Source: Acidobacteriota bacterium (lineage in GTDB: Bacteria; Acidobacteriota; UBA6911). Taken from it: a stretch of 64,000 nt of DNA. Positions 42,574 through 51,215 of the stretch are shown here, in pieces (positions within the stretch are counted from its first letter, which is position 1; each line of letters begins with the position of its first letter). Made by a program: the position numbers and the translations under genes. The stretch covers positions 1,344,001 to 1,408,000 of the forward strand of contig OY761556.1 in the NCBI GenBank assembly GCA_963664705.1, read 5' to 3'. The notes beneath the pieces are model-generated. The model was not told where the DNA came from. It saw only the letters and a list, made by a program, of their open reading frames with translations, and ran no database searches.

Positions 42574-43788
42574 TTAAAATTTGTTAGACGTTGGACGTTG
42601 GGACGTTGGACGTTCCGCGTTCCACGTTCCGGCAATCCAACCGAGTACCATCGCATTGGCCGGGATATACAAATTAAAATCGACGAAACTATGCAACAGG
42701 ATGGCGGCCAGCGCCCCGATGCATGCGATATGCCCGGCCCGTATCGCCTGCCGGAATGCACTTCCGATCAAAACCGCCACAAGCAAAAATCCAATGATCC
42801 CCAATTCAATCATCGCCTGCACATAATCGTTATGTGCGTAATCCACGGTGTGTCCGGGAAGGATGTCCTTGATCTTGTAAAAGGCTGATTCAAAGCCTCC
42901 GAGGCCGCAGCCGAACGCGGCATATTTTTTGATCAGGGGCGGGGCCTGCTGCAGAAACAGCAGCCGTCCTCCCAGCGTGGACACCTGTTCTTCCGATGCT
43001 TCGGAGAATCGTTTGAAGAACGGATCGGGCGGCAGGTAAAGAAAAAGAAACAGCGCGCCCGCAAGGATCGGCACCGGCGCCACCCACTTAATCCAACGTT
43101 GAACGTTCAACGTTCCACGTTTAACGTTCAACGACAGTATTCCCATCAAACACAGCACACAGAGGGTCGTCAGGAACCCGCCGCGCGAGTAGGAGCAGAC
43201 AATTCCAGCAAAAATAATGCCGGCCGGAATCCAAAGCCACTTGTCGCGAAACGCGCCGACGACGGCGAACGGGAGAGACATTTCGAGCAGCCCGGCGAAG
43301 TGGTTGCGGTTGACGTAGGTGCCGTGCGCGCCGGTTTCCGCGTTCATGGCCATGATGCCGAGAGCCGCTTCGATGGCTGCGACGATGATGATCGGGAGTG
43401 CCGCCCAGCGGCTTTTCATCCCGCGGATCGTGAAGTAGACGGCAATATAGGCCAGGATGCGCAGCAGATGCTCGAACGTCGCTGCCGGCTTAATGCTGGT
43501 GACGAAAAACTGGGCGAGCGCGTAGCAGGGAAGGAGAAGCATAAACGTTGGACGTTTCAACGTTGGACGTTGGACGTTGGGACGTTGGGACGATGGGACG
43601 TGGGACGTTGGACGTTGGGACGTTGGACGTTGGAACGTTGGAACGTTGAACATCCAGTAGGTTGCGCAAACGATGCCGAATCCCAGCAGACACCAGTGCC
43701 ACTGCGCCGTCTGCACCCCTCCGTCGCAATACACGGCGTACGCCAGCACCACTCCTAACCCAGCAAGCGTCAGCGTGTGTCCGCGCAT
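42574..43788 (-). CDS. O-antigen ligase/Wzy_C-family membrane protein with in-frame repeat insertions
   Basis: GTYVNRNHFAGLLEM, SYSRGG, FGCGLGGF, YAHNDY, HSFVDFNL. Confidence 0.88.
   Translation of the reverse strand: MRGHTLTLAGLGVVLAYAVYCDGGVQTAQWHWCLLGFGIVCATYWMFNVPTFQRPTSQRPTSHVPSSQRPNVQRPTLKRPTFMLLLPCYALAQFFVTSIKPAATFEHLLRILAYIAVYFTIRGMKSRWAALPIIIVAAIEAALGIMAMNAETGAHGTYVNRNHFAGLLEMSLPFAVVGAFRDKWLWIPAGIIFAGIVCSYSRGGFLTTLCVLCLMGILSLNVKRGTLNVQRWIKWVAPVPILAGALFLFLYLPPDPFFKRFSEASEEQVSTLGGRLLFLQQAPPLIKKYAAFGCGLGGFESAFYKIKDILPGHTVDYAHNDYVQAMIELGIIGFLLVAVLIGSAFRQAIRAGHIACIGALAAILLHSFVDFNLYIPANAMVLGWIAGTWNAERPTSQRPTSNKF
42582..42630. repeat. ACGT-core bipartite cluster encoding the ligase C-terminus
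   Basis: Translates as WNAERPTSQRPTSN. Confidence 0.88.
43093..43134. repeat. ACGT-core cluster inside the ligase CDS
   Basis: Translates as LNVKRGTLNVQRW. Confidence 0.85.
43543..43650 (+). repeat. ACGT-core G-rich arm inside the ligase CDS
   Basis: Translates as NVPTFQRPTSQRPTSHVPSSQRPNVQRPTLKRPTF. Confidence 0.92.
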
Positions 43789-45497
43789 GTCAGCGTCCGT
43801 CCGCGGTTCCAAGATTGTGAATAAAGCCCCTCACCACTAATCAAGTCCTCATGTTTCCCGGTTTCGACAATCTCCCCGCCCACCATTACATGAATCCTAT
43901 CCGCCCACATTGCGGTAGAGAGGCGGTGGGTAATGACGAGGACGGTTTGTCCGCGGGTATTTTCGCGCAGCCGTTCCACCCAATCCGCTTCCGCCCACGA
44001 ATCCATGGCGCTTGTCGGCTCGTCGAGCAGGAGGATCGGGGACTTCCGCAGGAAGGCCCTTGCCAGGGCGATCCGCTGCCATTCCCCGACACTCAATTCC
44101 TCGCCATTTTCGAACCATTTGCCGAGCAGGGTGTCGTATCCGAGCTTCAACCGTGCGATGGGATCGACGGCGCCGGCGGCCTCGGCGGCTTCGTGGATGG
44201 CGGCGATGGAGGCGTTGCGATTGAGCGCGATATTGGCGGCAACGGTGGCGTTGTAGTGGACCGGCTGCTGAAACAGGACGGTCACGGCTCTGCGCAATTC
44301 ATCGAGTTTGACGTTTCGCAGATCGATCCCGTCGAGGCAGACTTTTCCCTGGTCGGGGTCGTAGAACCGGCAGATCAGTTTGATGAGCGTGCTTTTGCCG
44401 GCGCCGTTGGCTCCGACGATGGCGGTGATTTTTCCGGCCGGCAGGTGCAGGTTGAAATTCTGCAGCGCGAACCGCTCGCTTCCGGGGTATTGGAAGCTGA
44501 CGTTCTCGAAAGTAATCCCTTTCCGCACGCAGGACGGCAGACAGGCGGGCTTCGGGGAATCGACCACCTTCGGCTTCATTTCAAGGAAATCGAAAAGGTT
44601 TCCGAGGAAGAGGCTGTTGCTGTAGATCTGTCCCAGGTTCTGGAGCAGGGAACGCATCAGGCCCTGGCCGCGGTCGAAGGCCTGGTAGAAGAGCGCCAGG
44701 TCGCCGAAGGTGAGCGCTCCGGCCATGACTTTGGCGGCCATCCACACGAGGGCTCCGCCGGAGAGCAGAAGGCCGGCGGCTCCGGCGCCGAGTTCGGCGA
44801 CGCTCTGGTTGGCGGCGAGGCGCAGGCGCTGGCCGCGCAGGAGCTGGCGCAGCGACTGAAACAGATCGCGGAAATGGCTGCCAAGGCCGAACAGGCGCAC
44901 TTCGGCGGCAGTGTCGCCGGAGGTCAGGATCCAGTCGTAGTACCAGGTGCGCCGTTCGTTGGCGGTGTTCTTCTCCCACAGCCGGTGATTCTTCAGCGTG
45001 AAGTGGATCACGACATACAGCGCGGGCAGGGTGGAGAGGAACAGGGCGGTAGGGATCCAGAGGCCGTAGGGCATCAGGATGCCGAGCATGGCGGCGAGGG
45101 TGATGCCGTTCTGGAGCAGACTCCCCATATTTTCGAGCAGCGCGATGGGGCGATAGGTGGCTTCGCCGCGGGCGCGGTGCAGGCGGTCGTAGAATTCGGG
45201 CTGATCGTAGAATGCGAGGTCGGCGGAGACTGATTTCTCGTGGATCAGGGAATAGATGTGATCCTGCACCCGCTCGGATTGCACGGACTTGATCCAGTTG
45301 GCCCCGCTGCGCAGCAGTTCGGTCAGAAGAAGCACGATGCCGATAACCGCGCCGAACAGGATCGTCGCGTGCAATTGCCGCCCGACCAGGGCGTTTACCA
45401 GTGACCGGCTGAAGTACACGGTTGCTGCGGGCAGTAATCCCTGGATGATGAGGATGATTCCCCAGGCAATTGTCCAACCGCGTGCAGCGTTCCACAC
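43770..45497 (-). CDS. ABC exporter, fused permease/ATPase (peptide-export type); start uncertain
   Basis: DLAFYDQPEFYD, EVRLFGL, GANGAGKST, LSVGEWQRIALARAF, LLDEPTS. Confidence 0.9.
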   Translation of the reverse strand: MWNAARGWTIAWGIILIIQGLLPAATVYFSRSLVNALVGRQLHATILFGAVIGIVLLLTELLRSGANWIKSVQSERVQDHIYSLIHEKSVSADLAFYDQPEFYDRLHRARGEATYRPIALLENMGSLLQNGITLAAMLGILMPYGLWIPTALFLSTLPALYVVIHFTLKNHRLWEKNTANERRTWYYDWILTSGDTAAEVRLFGLGSHFRDLFQSLRQLLRGQRLRLAANQSVAELGAGAAGLLLSGGALVWMAAKVMAGALTFGDLALFYQAFDRGQGLMRSLLQNLGQIYSNSLFLGNLFDFLEMKPKVVDSPKPACLPSCVRKGITFENVSFQYPGSERFALQNFNLHLPAGKITAIVGANGAGKSTLIKLICRFYDPDQGKVCLDGIDLRNVKLDELRRAVTVLFQQPVHYNATVAANIALNRNASIAAIHEAAEAAGAVDPIARLKLGYDTLLGKWFENGEELSVGEWQRIALARAFLRKSPILLLDEPTSAMDSWAEADWVERLRENTRGQTVLVITHRLSTAMWADRIHVMVGGEIVETGKHEDLISGEGLYSQSWNRGRTLTCADTR

Positions 45498-45507
45498 TAA
45501 TTCCGTT

Positions 45508-45548
45508 GCACGTCGGACGGCGAACGTTGGACGTTGGACGTTGGCCGT
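45508..45548 (+). repeat. ACGT-core repeat cluster, G-rich arm
   Basis: aacgttggacgttggacgttgg. Confidence 0.85.
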
Positions 45549-45607
45549 TGCCCGTTTTATTATCTTTTTAATCGAAATAATCTCGGTCCCGATGAAACAT
45601 TCAGATC

Positions 45608-46129
45608 ATGAGGAATTCGAACATTCTTGCCGTGCCGACTGATTCAATCGAGCGTCGCATTTACCTGATCCGTGGCATGAAAGTTATCATTGACTCGGAT
45701 TTAGCGGAATTGTATCAAGTGCTTACAAAAAACCTCAATCTTGCCGTCCGAAGAAACCTGGATCGCTTTCCGGAAGATTTTATGTTTCGCCTCACGAAAG
45801 ATGAGGCTGTTTGTTTGAGGTTGCAATCTGCAACCTCAAACACATCCCGCGGAGGCCGCCGATATCTTCCCTATGCCTTCACAGAGCACGGTGTAGCGAT
45901 GCTATCTGCAGTTCTTAAAAGTGAGCGCGCTGTGCAGATGAGCATCTTCATCATTCGTGCTTTTGTCAAAATCAGAGAGGTTCTTGCTACCCACCATGAT
46001 TTGGCGAAGAAAATAGATGAACTGGAGCGTGAGCAGAAGGACCAGGGACGTCAACTTGCGGCAGTGTACTCCGTTGTAAAAAGGCTGATCGATACGCCGT
46101 CAACCCGCAAAAACCCCATCGGTTTTTAA
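45608..46129 (+). CDS. ORF6N-domain DNA-binding protein
   Basis: IYLIRGMKV..DSDLAELY, RRNLDRFPEDFMF, PYAFTEHGVAMLS, C-terminal PIGF. Confidence 0.93.
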   Translation: MRNSNILAVPTDSIERRIYLIRGMKVIIDSDLAELYQVLTKNLNLAVRRNLDRFPEDFMFRLTKDEAVCLRLQSATSNTSRGGRRYLPYAFTEHGVAMLSAVLKSERAVQMSIFIIRAFVKIREVLATHHDLAKKIDELEREQKDQGRQLAAVYSVVKRLIDTPSTRKNPIGF

Positions 46130-46134
46130 AACAC

Positions 46135-46236
46135 TCAACGTCCCACGTCCCACGTCCAACGTGCTTTTCAACGTCCAACGTCTCAACGTCCAACGGGTTT
46201 TCCAACGTCCAACGTGCTTTTCAACGTCCAACGTTC
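46135..46236 (-). repeat. ACGT-core repeat cluster, C-rich arm
   Basis: caacgtc units, including a duplicated aacgtgcttttcaacgtcc. Confidence 0.92.
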
Positions 46237-46773
46237 CTATCCTACCGTCACCCAACATCCTGCAACGTTAATTTCGACCTCGGTCTTTTTTTTCGTCGGC
46301 GACGTCAATCTCAGCAAGCTTTCATATTTATGAAGTACGTTGAGGTACGGCATGCAATCCCGTCTTGAGACCAGGTAATCGTAGGATTCCTTTGCGGGCC
46401 GGCCGAAGACTTTCATCAGGTAGGCGGCGGCGACCGTTGGGCTGCGATTAACGCCGGCAGTGCAATGGAGGTAGACCTTGGTCCAATTGAGTGCGAGCAC
46501 GGCTTCTAATTTATCGACGAGATGAGGGAGTTGATGGGCGAGTAAATCTTCGTTGAAATCGGGCACCGGCAGGCGCAGGAGTTCGATATCTACGGCATCG
46601 AGGGCTTTTTCCAGTTTTTTGAGATTGATCCGGCAGCTCTTGATGTCATGGTCGCTTTGCAGGTTGATGACGGTGGTGACTCCCAGCCGCCAGAGTTGTT
46701 TTGCATCTTTATGGTCGATGAATCGTCCGACCCAAAGCTGTCCCTGAATAATCTCGTTATAATCAAATAGCAT
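46237..46773 (-). CDS. Dual-specificity protein phosphatase family
   Basis: VYLHCTAGVNRS (CX5R), PVPDF, AAYLM. Confidence 0.9.
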   Translation of the reverse strand: MLFDYNEIIQGQLWVGRFIDHKDAKQLWRLGVTTVINLQSDHDIKSCRINLKKLEKALDAVDIELLRLPVPDFNEDLLAHQLPHLVDKLEAVLALNWTKVYLHCTAGVNRSPTVAAAYLMKVFGRPAKESYDYLVSRRDCMPYLNVLHKYESLLRLTSPTKKKTEVEINVAGCWVTVG

Positions 46774-46789
46774 TTCTCATCTCAATCTC

Positions 46790-46823
46790 TCGTTCAACGT
46801 CCACGTCCAACGTTCAACGTTCC
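46790..46823 (-). repeat. ACGT-core repeat cluster, C-rich arm (last one in the window)
   Basis: cgttcaacgtccacgtccaacgttcaacgttcc. Confidence 0.85.
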
Positions 46824-46867
46824 TCTCTCCGCTCTGCGGACCAGACGTCCCCTGACAAAATAATAAG

Positions 46868-47368
46868 TCAATTGTCTTTTAGCTTTCTTGCAGGGTTTGT
46901 GAATAAACCTCGAGAATAGAAAAAATTTGAGCTTTTCTTAAGGCTATGTAGAGTTTGAAGAAACACTTGTCCGAATGGGAAGGTTCTTGCCCAGATCCAT
47001 CCCCAGAAACGCCAATGAAAGTTTTTAAGATAGACAGTGCTATTGCCAGATTGCAGGATGACGGCTTTTCCCAGAATCGCTTCTTCTTCAAAAGGACCCT
47101 CCGATTGTCCTTGAGCATCCCCTGCGAGGTAGAAGAATCTATCGTTGTGCGAAATAACTCGGTGAAGGACATAAGGGCCGTTACTCCGACGCGCGAGAAC
47201 AATGTCCCCAATTGTTATTTGTTGGCCTGCGGTGCTTTCGAGTTCCACGATCGCCCCATGGCGGAGTAATGGCCACATGCTGCTGCCTGGTGCGCTGATT
47301 CGTACTCTGATACCGCTGCCCAGCAAATCTGTAATCAACGGCGCCAATGTATTTATAGGGACGATCAT
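46868..47368 (-). CDS. S24/S26-family peptidase
   Basis: GSSMWPLL, GDIVL, VLHRV, GDA, ILGK. Confidence 0.85.
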   Translation of the reverse strand: MIVPINTLAPLITDLLGSGIRVRISAPGSSMWPLLRHGAIVELESTAGQQITIGDIVLARRSNGPYVLHRVISHNDRFFYLAGDAQGQSEGPFEEEAILGKAVILQSGNSTVYLKNFHWRFWGWIWARTFPFGQVFLQTLHSLKKSSNFFYSRGLFTNPARKLKDN

Positions 47369-48243
47369 AGCACCGACCTGACCAATGAAATTACCGTAGG
47401 CTCTGGGCGACACTTAAGCAAATAAACTGGAATGCTCTCTGCAATCATCTTGATATTGTTTACGGCGATGCTCATCAGTTCAGCATCCCAATAGGGCAGA
47501 AAAGAGCGAGCAAGAAGTAGCGGTATCGAGGTCTTGGCTGCAAGGAGGTGGATCGAATTCGTAGTCGCCTTTTCAAGCACGCAAATTGCTTTCAAATCAG
47601 CCTGATGATTTTTTGCAATGTTTGCGCTGCCACCCCAAGGAGTGCCATAAATCCATGATCCACTCTTGTTAACTCGGATCGCAACGCGATCATCGTTAAC
47701 TGGGATCACACCCTCTGCCTTCGCCCAAAGGCAGGACTGGGTGCTCTTGCCAGCGCCAGAATGTCCCACAAATACGATTCCCTTGCCATTGTCATCAAGG
47801 CCACTTGCATGTAGGACTATGCCATTTGTAAAAAGTATTCTAGTTCTGACGATCAACTCCCCGGCTCCAAGGGCTAAAAGGCTATGCCACCGAGGTCCAT
47901 TGCGCCTTTCAATAATCTCTGTTTGGCTCCAATCTGAATTTGACCTCAGAATGGCTCTTGCAGTGTACAAGGGCATCTTAGAACAGTAATGAATAAAGGC
48001 CGTGAATTGTTCACTATCCTTTTTGTAATACATCTGCCAGATACTTCCAGGGTCATAGACTAAATTACCCTCCGGTTTGATGACGCCAGGCGTGTCTTGC
48101 CATTGCAGAGATGTTGTTGCCGATGGAGATCCAAAGTCTCCCAAGAAAGGCCCAAGCTTCTTCTCAATCCGCAGATCCGAAATCGGCCGCGAACTGCAGA
48201 GGCGAATTTGAAGTCCAGCGATTGTTAGGTTTGCGAGGTACAT
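47365..48243 (-). CDS. HPr-kinase-like P-loop protein (ScmC/PadeK-like)
   Basis: LHASG, GHSGAGKST, NDDR, GTPWGG; overlaps both neighbours. Confidence 0.8.
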   Translation of the reverse strand: MYLANLTIAGLQIRLCSSRPISDLRIEKKLGPFLGDFGSPSATTSLQWQDTPGVIKPEGNLVYDPGSIWQMYYKKDSEQFTAFIHYCSKMPLYTARAILRSNSDWSQTEIIERRNGPRWHSLLALGAGELIVRTRILFTNGIVLHASGLDDNGKGIVFVGHSGAGKSTQSCLWAKAEGVIPVNDDRVAIRVNKSGSWIYGTPWGGSANIAKNHQADLKAICVLEKATTNSIHLLAAKTSIPLLLARSFLPYWDAELMSIAVNNIKMIAESIPVYLLKCRPEPTVISLVRSVL

Positions 48244-49301
48244 TAGGCTCGTTTTTGCATTTGGTCGCGTCGCGCTCTGGCTATTGCGCAAAAATATGGT
48301 GCCGGAGTTGTCGTGTCCCCTGATTCTAGCCAAAGAAAAGCGGGACATTGAGGACAATTGCTTTTTAGTTCACAGGAATTGCATGCTGAAATCGGGACCT
48401 CCGAGGTTGCAAAATTGGTCAAAGCCTTCCATGCTTTATCAAAGCCTATTCTGAGCGGTCTTACGGAGGGATAGGGAAAATCGATACAGACATTCATTTC
48501 TCCCTTCGCTGTAAGATGGAAACTGTTTTGGCCAGCCCCGCATTCAAAAGCACCGAGTGGTAGAGTATCGGTACCTTTGCCTGCTTGCATCGAGGATACT
48601 GTCTTTTGTGCCTGTTCCAACTCAATGACTTCCTCATAAGAAAGCCTTGAATTCTCAGCGTTTGAATATTGGCCGTCACGGCGCTTTGTCAGTAACCATG
48701 CATATCTGAATACGGCACCCCACTGGTGGGCCATGCTTCGCATGGTTTCAAGCTCTCCTAAATTCTCCTTTGTTAAGGTTGTTTTCAATATCAGGGGAAC
48801 TCCTGCGGTCCGGAGGTTCTCGATCCCAGACATGCAACGGTTATAGCTTCCCTTCGTACCTGTGATTTGCTCATAAATGCTTTCACTCGCTCCGTAGAGC
48901 GTTATTTCAAGACGGTTAGGAGGCATCTTGGCCAAACGGTTAGCGGTTTCCCTTGTAATCAGTGTCCCGTTCGTAAATAGCGCAAGTATTAGCCCCATCC
49001 TTCGGATCGGTTCATATATTTCCCAAAAATCCGTGCGTACGAATGGTTCGCCTCCGGATAGCAATAAAAACACCAGCCCATGTTCGACCGCCTCACTTGC
49101 CATCCGAACCCATTCGATTGCCGAAAGCTCCTTCAGCTGCTCCGAATTATCCTCGCAAAGGTCGTGAATGTAGCATATGCCACAGTTCAGATTGCATCGG
49201 GTTGTTAGCTCAAAAGTTCCCTCCACAGGTTGACATTTCCTTAAGGAAACTTTTGAAAGGGAATCGAGTAAAGGGCCGTACTCAGAAGGTAGTTGTGACA
49301 T
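48243..49301 (-). CDS. Radical SAM / SPASM peptide maturase
   Basis: CNLNCGIC, SGGEP, FTNGTL; SPASM CGAG...C...CNSC.....CPQC...C. Confidence 0.92.
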   Translation of the reverse strand: MSQLPSEYGPLLDSLSKVSLRKCQPVEGTFELTTRCNLNCGICYIHDLCEDNSEQLKELSAIEWVRMASEAVEHGLVFLLLSGGEPFVRTDFWEIYEPIRRMGLILALFTNGTLITRETANRLAKMPPNRLEITLYGASESIYEQITGTKGSYNRCMSGIENLRTAGVPLILKTTLTKENLGELETMRSMAHQWGAVFRYAWLLTKRRDGQYSNAENSRLSYEEVIELEQAQKTVSSMQAGKGTDTLPLGAFECGAGQNSFHLTAKGEMNVCIDFPYPSVRPLRIGFDKAWKALTNFATSEVPISACNSCELKSNCPQCPAFLWLESGDTTTPAPYFCAIARARRDQMQKRA

Positions 49302-49566
49302 TTGACAGCAAACCCATCTGGTTCGCTTGATCAAGAAATTGCTGAATATCACATTGAGCTTCGGCAATCCCTACGTCATAGCGGTCCGCTAATTCATGAG
49401 CAAGTTGTTCCAAATCATGTTGCCCGTCAAGAAGCCTCCATAGGCATTCGCCTACGCTGTTTAGAATCAGAATACCATTGAGGTTCACAACTTGGGAGCC
49501 TGTTGGAATGATTATGCTCTGCTCACCGATTTCTCTAAGAATAACATCGTTCTTTGCCTTCCACAT
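49282..49566 (-). CDS. PqqD-family RiPP recognition element
   Basis: LREIGE..IIIP, LNSVG..LWRLLDG, L.DRYDV...A..DI..FL. Confidence 0.9.
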   Translation of the reverse strand: MWKAKNDVILREIGEQSIIIPTGSQVVNLNGILILNSVGECLWRLLDGQHDLEQLAHELADRYDVGIAEAQCDIQQFLDQANQMGLLSNVTTTF

Positions 49567-49706
49567 GTTGAATCGTGTTCCCTCCAGATCGGTTTCGGAT
49601 TGGCTAGGTCTACACAAAAATCTCTTTGTAGGTGGAAACGGACTCGTCTGATATAAGGCAATGCGAGCGTTTCTCCCTAATAGTCATACTCAAGTGGAAA
49701 TGATGA

Positions 49707-49874
49707 TCAAGATTTTTGAGTGGGTCCAGCGCTGCATCCGCTTGTACTATGATTTCCTGCGCCGGGGCATTTTACGCAGGACATGAGCCTCTCTTCTACT
49801 TTCAGTTCTACAAATTCAATTTTGGGTTTTTCATAGGGCAGTTTTGAGGATGCTTTTTTCTGCTCGGTGGGCAT
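49707..49874 (-). CDS. Putative RiPP precursor peptide (55 aa)
   Basis: GGAGGAAGG RBS; leader YEKPKI; Cys-containing core ..MSCVKCPGAGNHSTSGCSAGPTQKS; directly upstream of PqqD and rSAM. Confidence 0.8.
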   Translation of the reverse strand: MPTEQKKASSKLPYEKPKIEFVELKVEERLMSCVKCPGAGNHSTSGCSAGPTQKS

Positions 49875-50027
49875 GGTTCCTTCCTCCAACTTTAAGATTT
49901 TAATGGTTGTAGCGCACAAATGACTGGATTCACAGCTCTCCTATTGAATCCCGATGCAGTTGGCTGCCCAAAGAATGCATTGGGTACTTTCGAACACTAT
50001 CACAGATATGATATTTTCATTTGCACA

Positions 50028-51179
50028 ATGGGACGAATTGAACACCTTCTGCTGGTCAATGCTGCTTGCTTTGATGATTCTAAACGAGACGCATTTTTGT
50101 CCGGAATTCCTGGGCAGGACATTGATTGGGAGTATGTATTGCGATGCGCTGATCTGCACCGAATGACCAACTTGTTTTATCGTCATTTGACAGACAACCT
50201 TCATGCATTTATCCCAAATCACATTTTGTGCCGCCTTCGAGAGCACTTTCGGAATAGCGCTATCCGCAATGCTCTTCAGACTGCAGAGCTTTTTTCTATC
50301 CTCGACTTATTCAAGGGAAACGGGATTAATGCAATCCCCTTTAAGGGCCCGGTGTTGTCTCTCGCCCTTTATTCAGATCCGGCAATTCGCGAATTCAGCG
50401 ATCTTGATATCCTTGTGCAAGAACACGATGTCTTCAAGGCATTAAGGCTTTTGCGAATACTAGAATATGAACAGATTCCTAATTATTCGCCTGCTGTCGA
50501 GCATCAAATTACAAAAAGGGAATATCACTATCACATTAGGAAACCGAGTGGGTCGAGCCTGGTTGAGATCCATTGGAATATCGCGCCCCATTATTTGGAT
50601 CTGCCAATTTCAATGGATGTCTGGTGGGAACACGCGACAACTATTAAAATGGATTATCGCTACGTTTTTAGTCTGTCACCAGAGGATTTGCTAATCGCGC
50701 TTTCAGTTCATGGAGCGAGACACAGGTGGGCCTCCCTCTGTTGGATTGCCGACGTCGCGCGATTATTAGCAATCTATCCAAGATTGGACTGGGATTATGT
50801 CCTTCATAAATATTGGCATCCCGAGATAAAACGCATTCTCTTCCTTTCGTTAAATCTCTCGCAAAAAATTCTGGCTGCGCATGTACCTGAAGAAGTACGC
50901 TTTCAGATTGGAACAGACCCAACTGTCATTCTTTTAACGGACCAGATATATCGGCGCATTTTCACAGCAGATATACAACCTACTGGTTCTTGTTCGGTGA
51001 TATTTGACCTTAAACTCAAAACCACCTTAACCCGCCGTCTAAGTTATTGCTTCCGCATCATGACTACGCCAACAATACTGGAATGGAAAAAGAAACTGCC
51101 GTGTTTATTTTTTCCTATTTACTTTGTTCTTCGCCCTCTAAGACTTCTCAGTAAATATCTGTTGGGTAAGCGGGACTGA
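50028..51179 (+). CDS. Nucleotidyltransferase family protein (NTP_transf_5-like); start may be 49920
   Basis: IPFKGPVL, REFSDLDILV, VEIHW, HGARH.W..L.WIAD. Confidence 0.88.
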   Translation: MGRIEHLLLVNAACFDDSKRDAFLSGIPGQDIDWEYVLRCADLHRMTNLFYRHLTDNLHAFIPNHILCRLREHFRNSAIRNALQTAELFSILDLFKGNGINAIPFKGPVLSLALYSDPAIREFSDLDILVQEHDVFKALRLLRILEYEQIPNYSPAVEHQITKREYHYHIRKPSGSSLVEIHWNIAPHYLDLPISMDVWWEHATTIKMDYRYVFSLSPEDLLIALSVHGARHRWASLCWIADVARLLAIYPRLDWDYVLHKYWHPEIKRILFLSLNLSQKILAAHVPEEVRFQIGTDPTVILLTDQIYRRIFTADIQPTGSCSVIFDLKLKTTLTRRLSYCFRIMTTPTILEWKKKLPCLFFPIYFVLRPLRLLSKYLLGKRD

Positions 51180-51215
51180 TAAGATGGGCAGGGCATCAAT
51201 GCAATGCTTTGTCAG

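Noticed and set aside
46868-51179. Lasso peptide cluster or PQQ biosynthesis
   Set aside because: No asparagine-synthetase-like cyclase, transglutaminase-like B2 protease or pqqB/C; the precursor lacks the PqqA ExxxY motif
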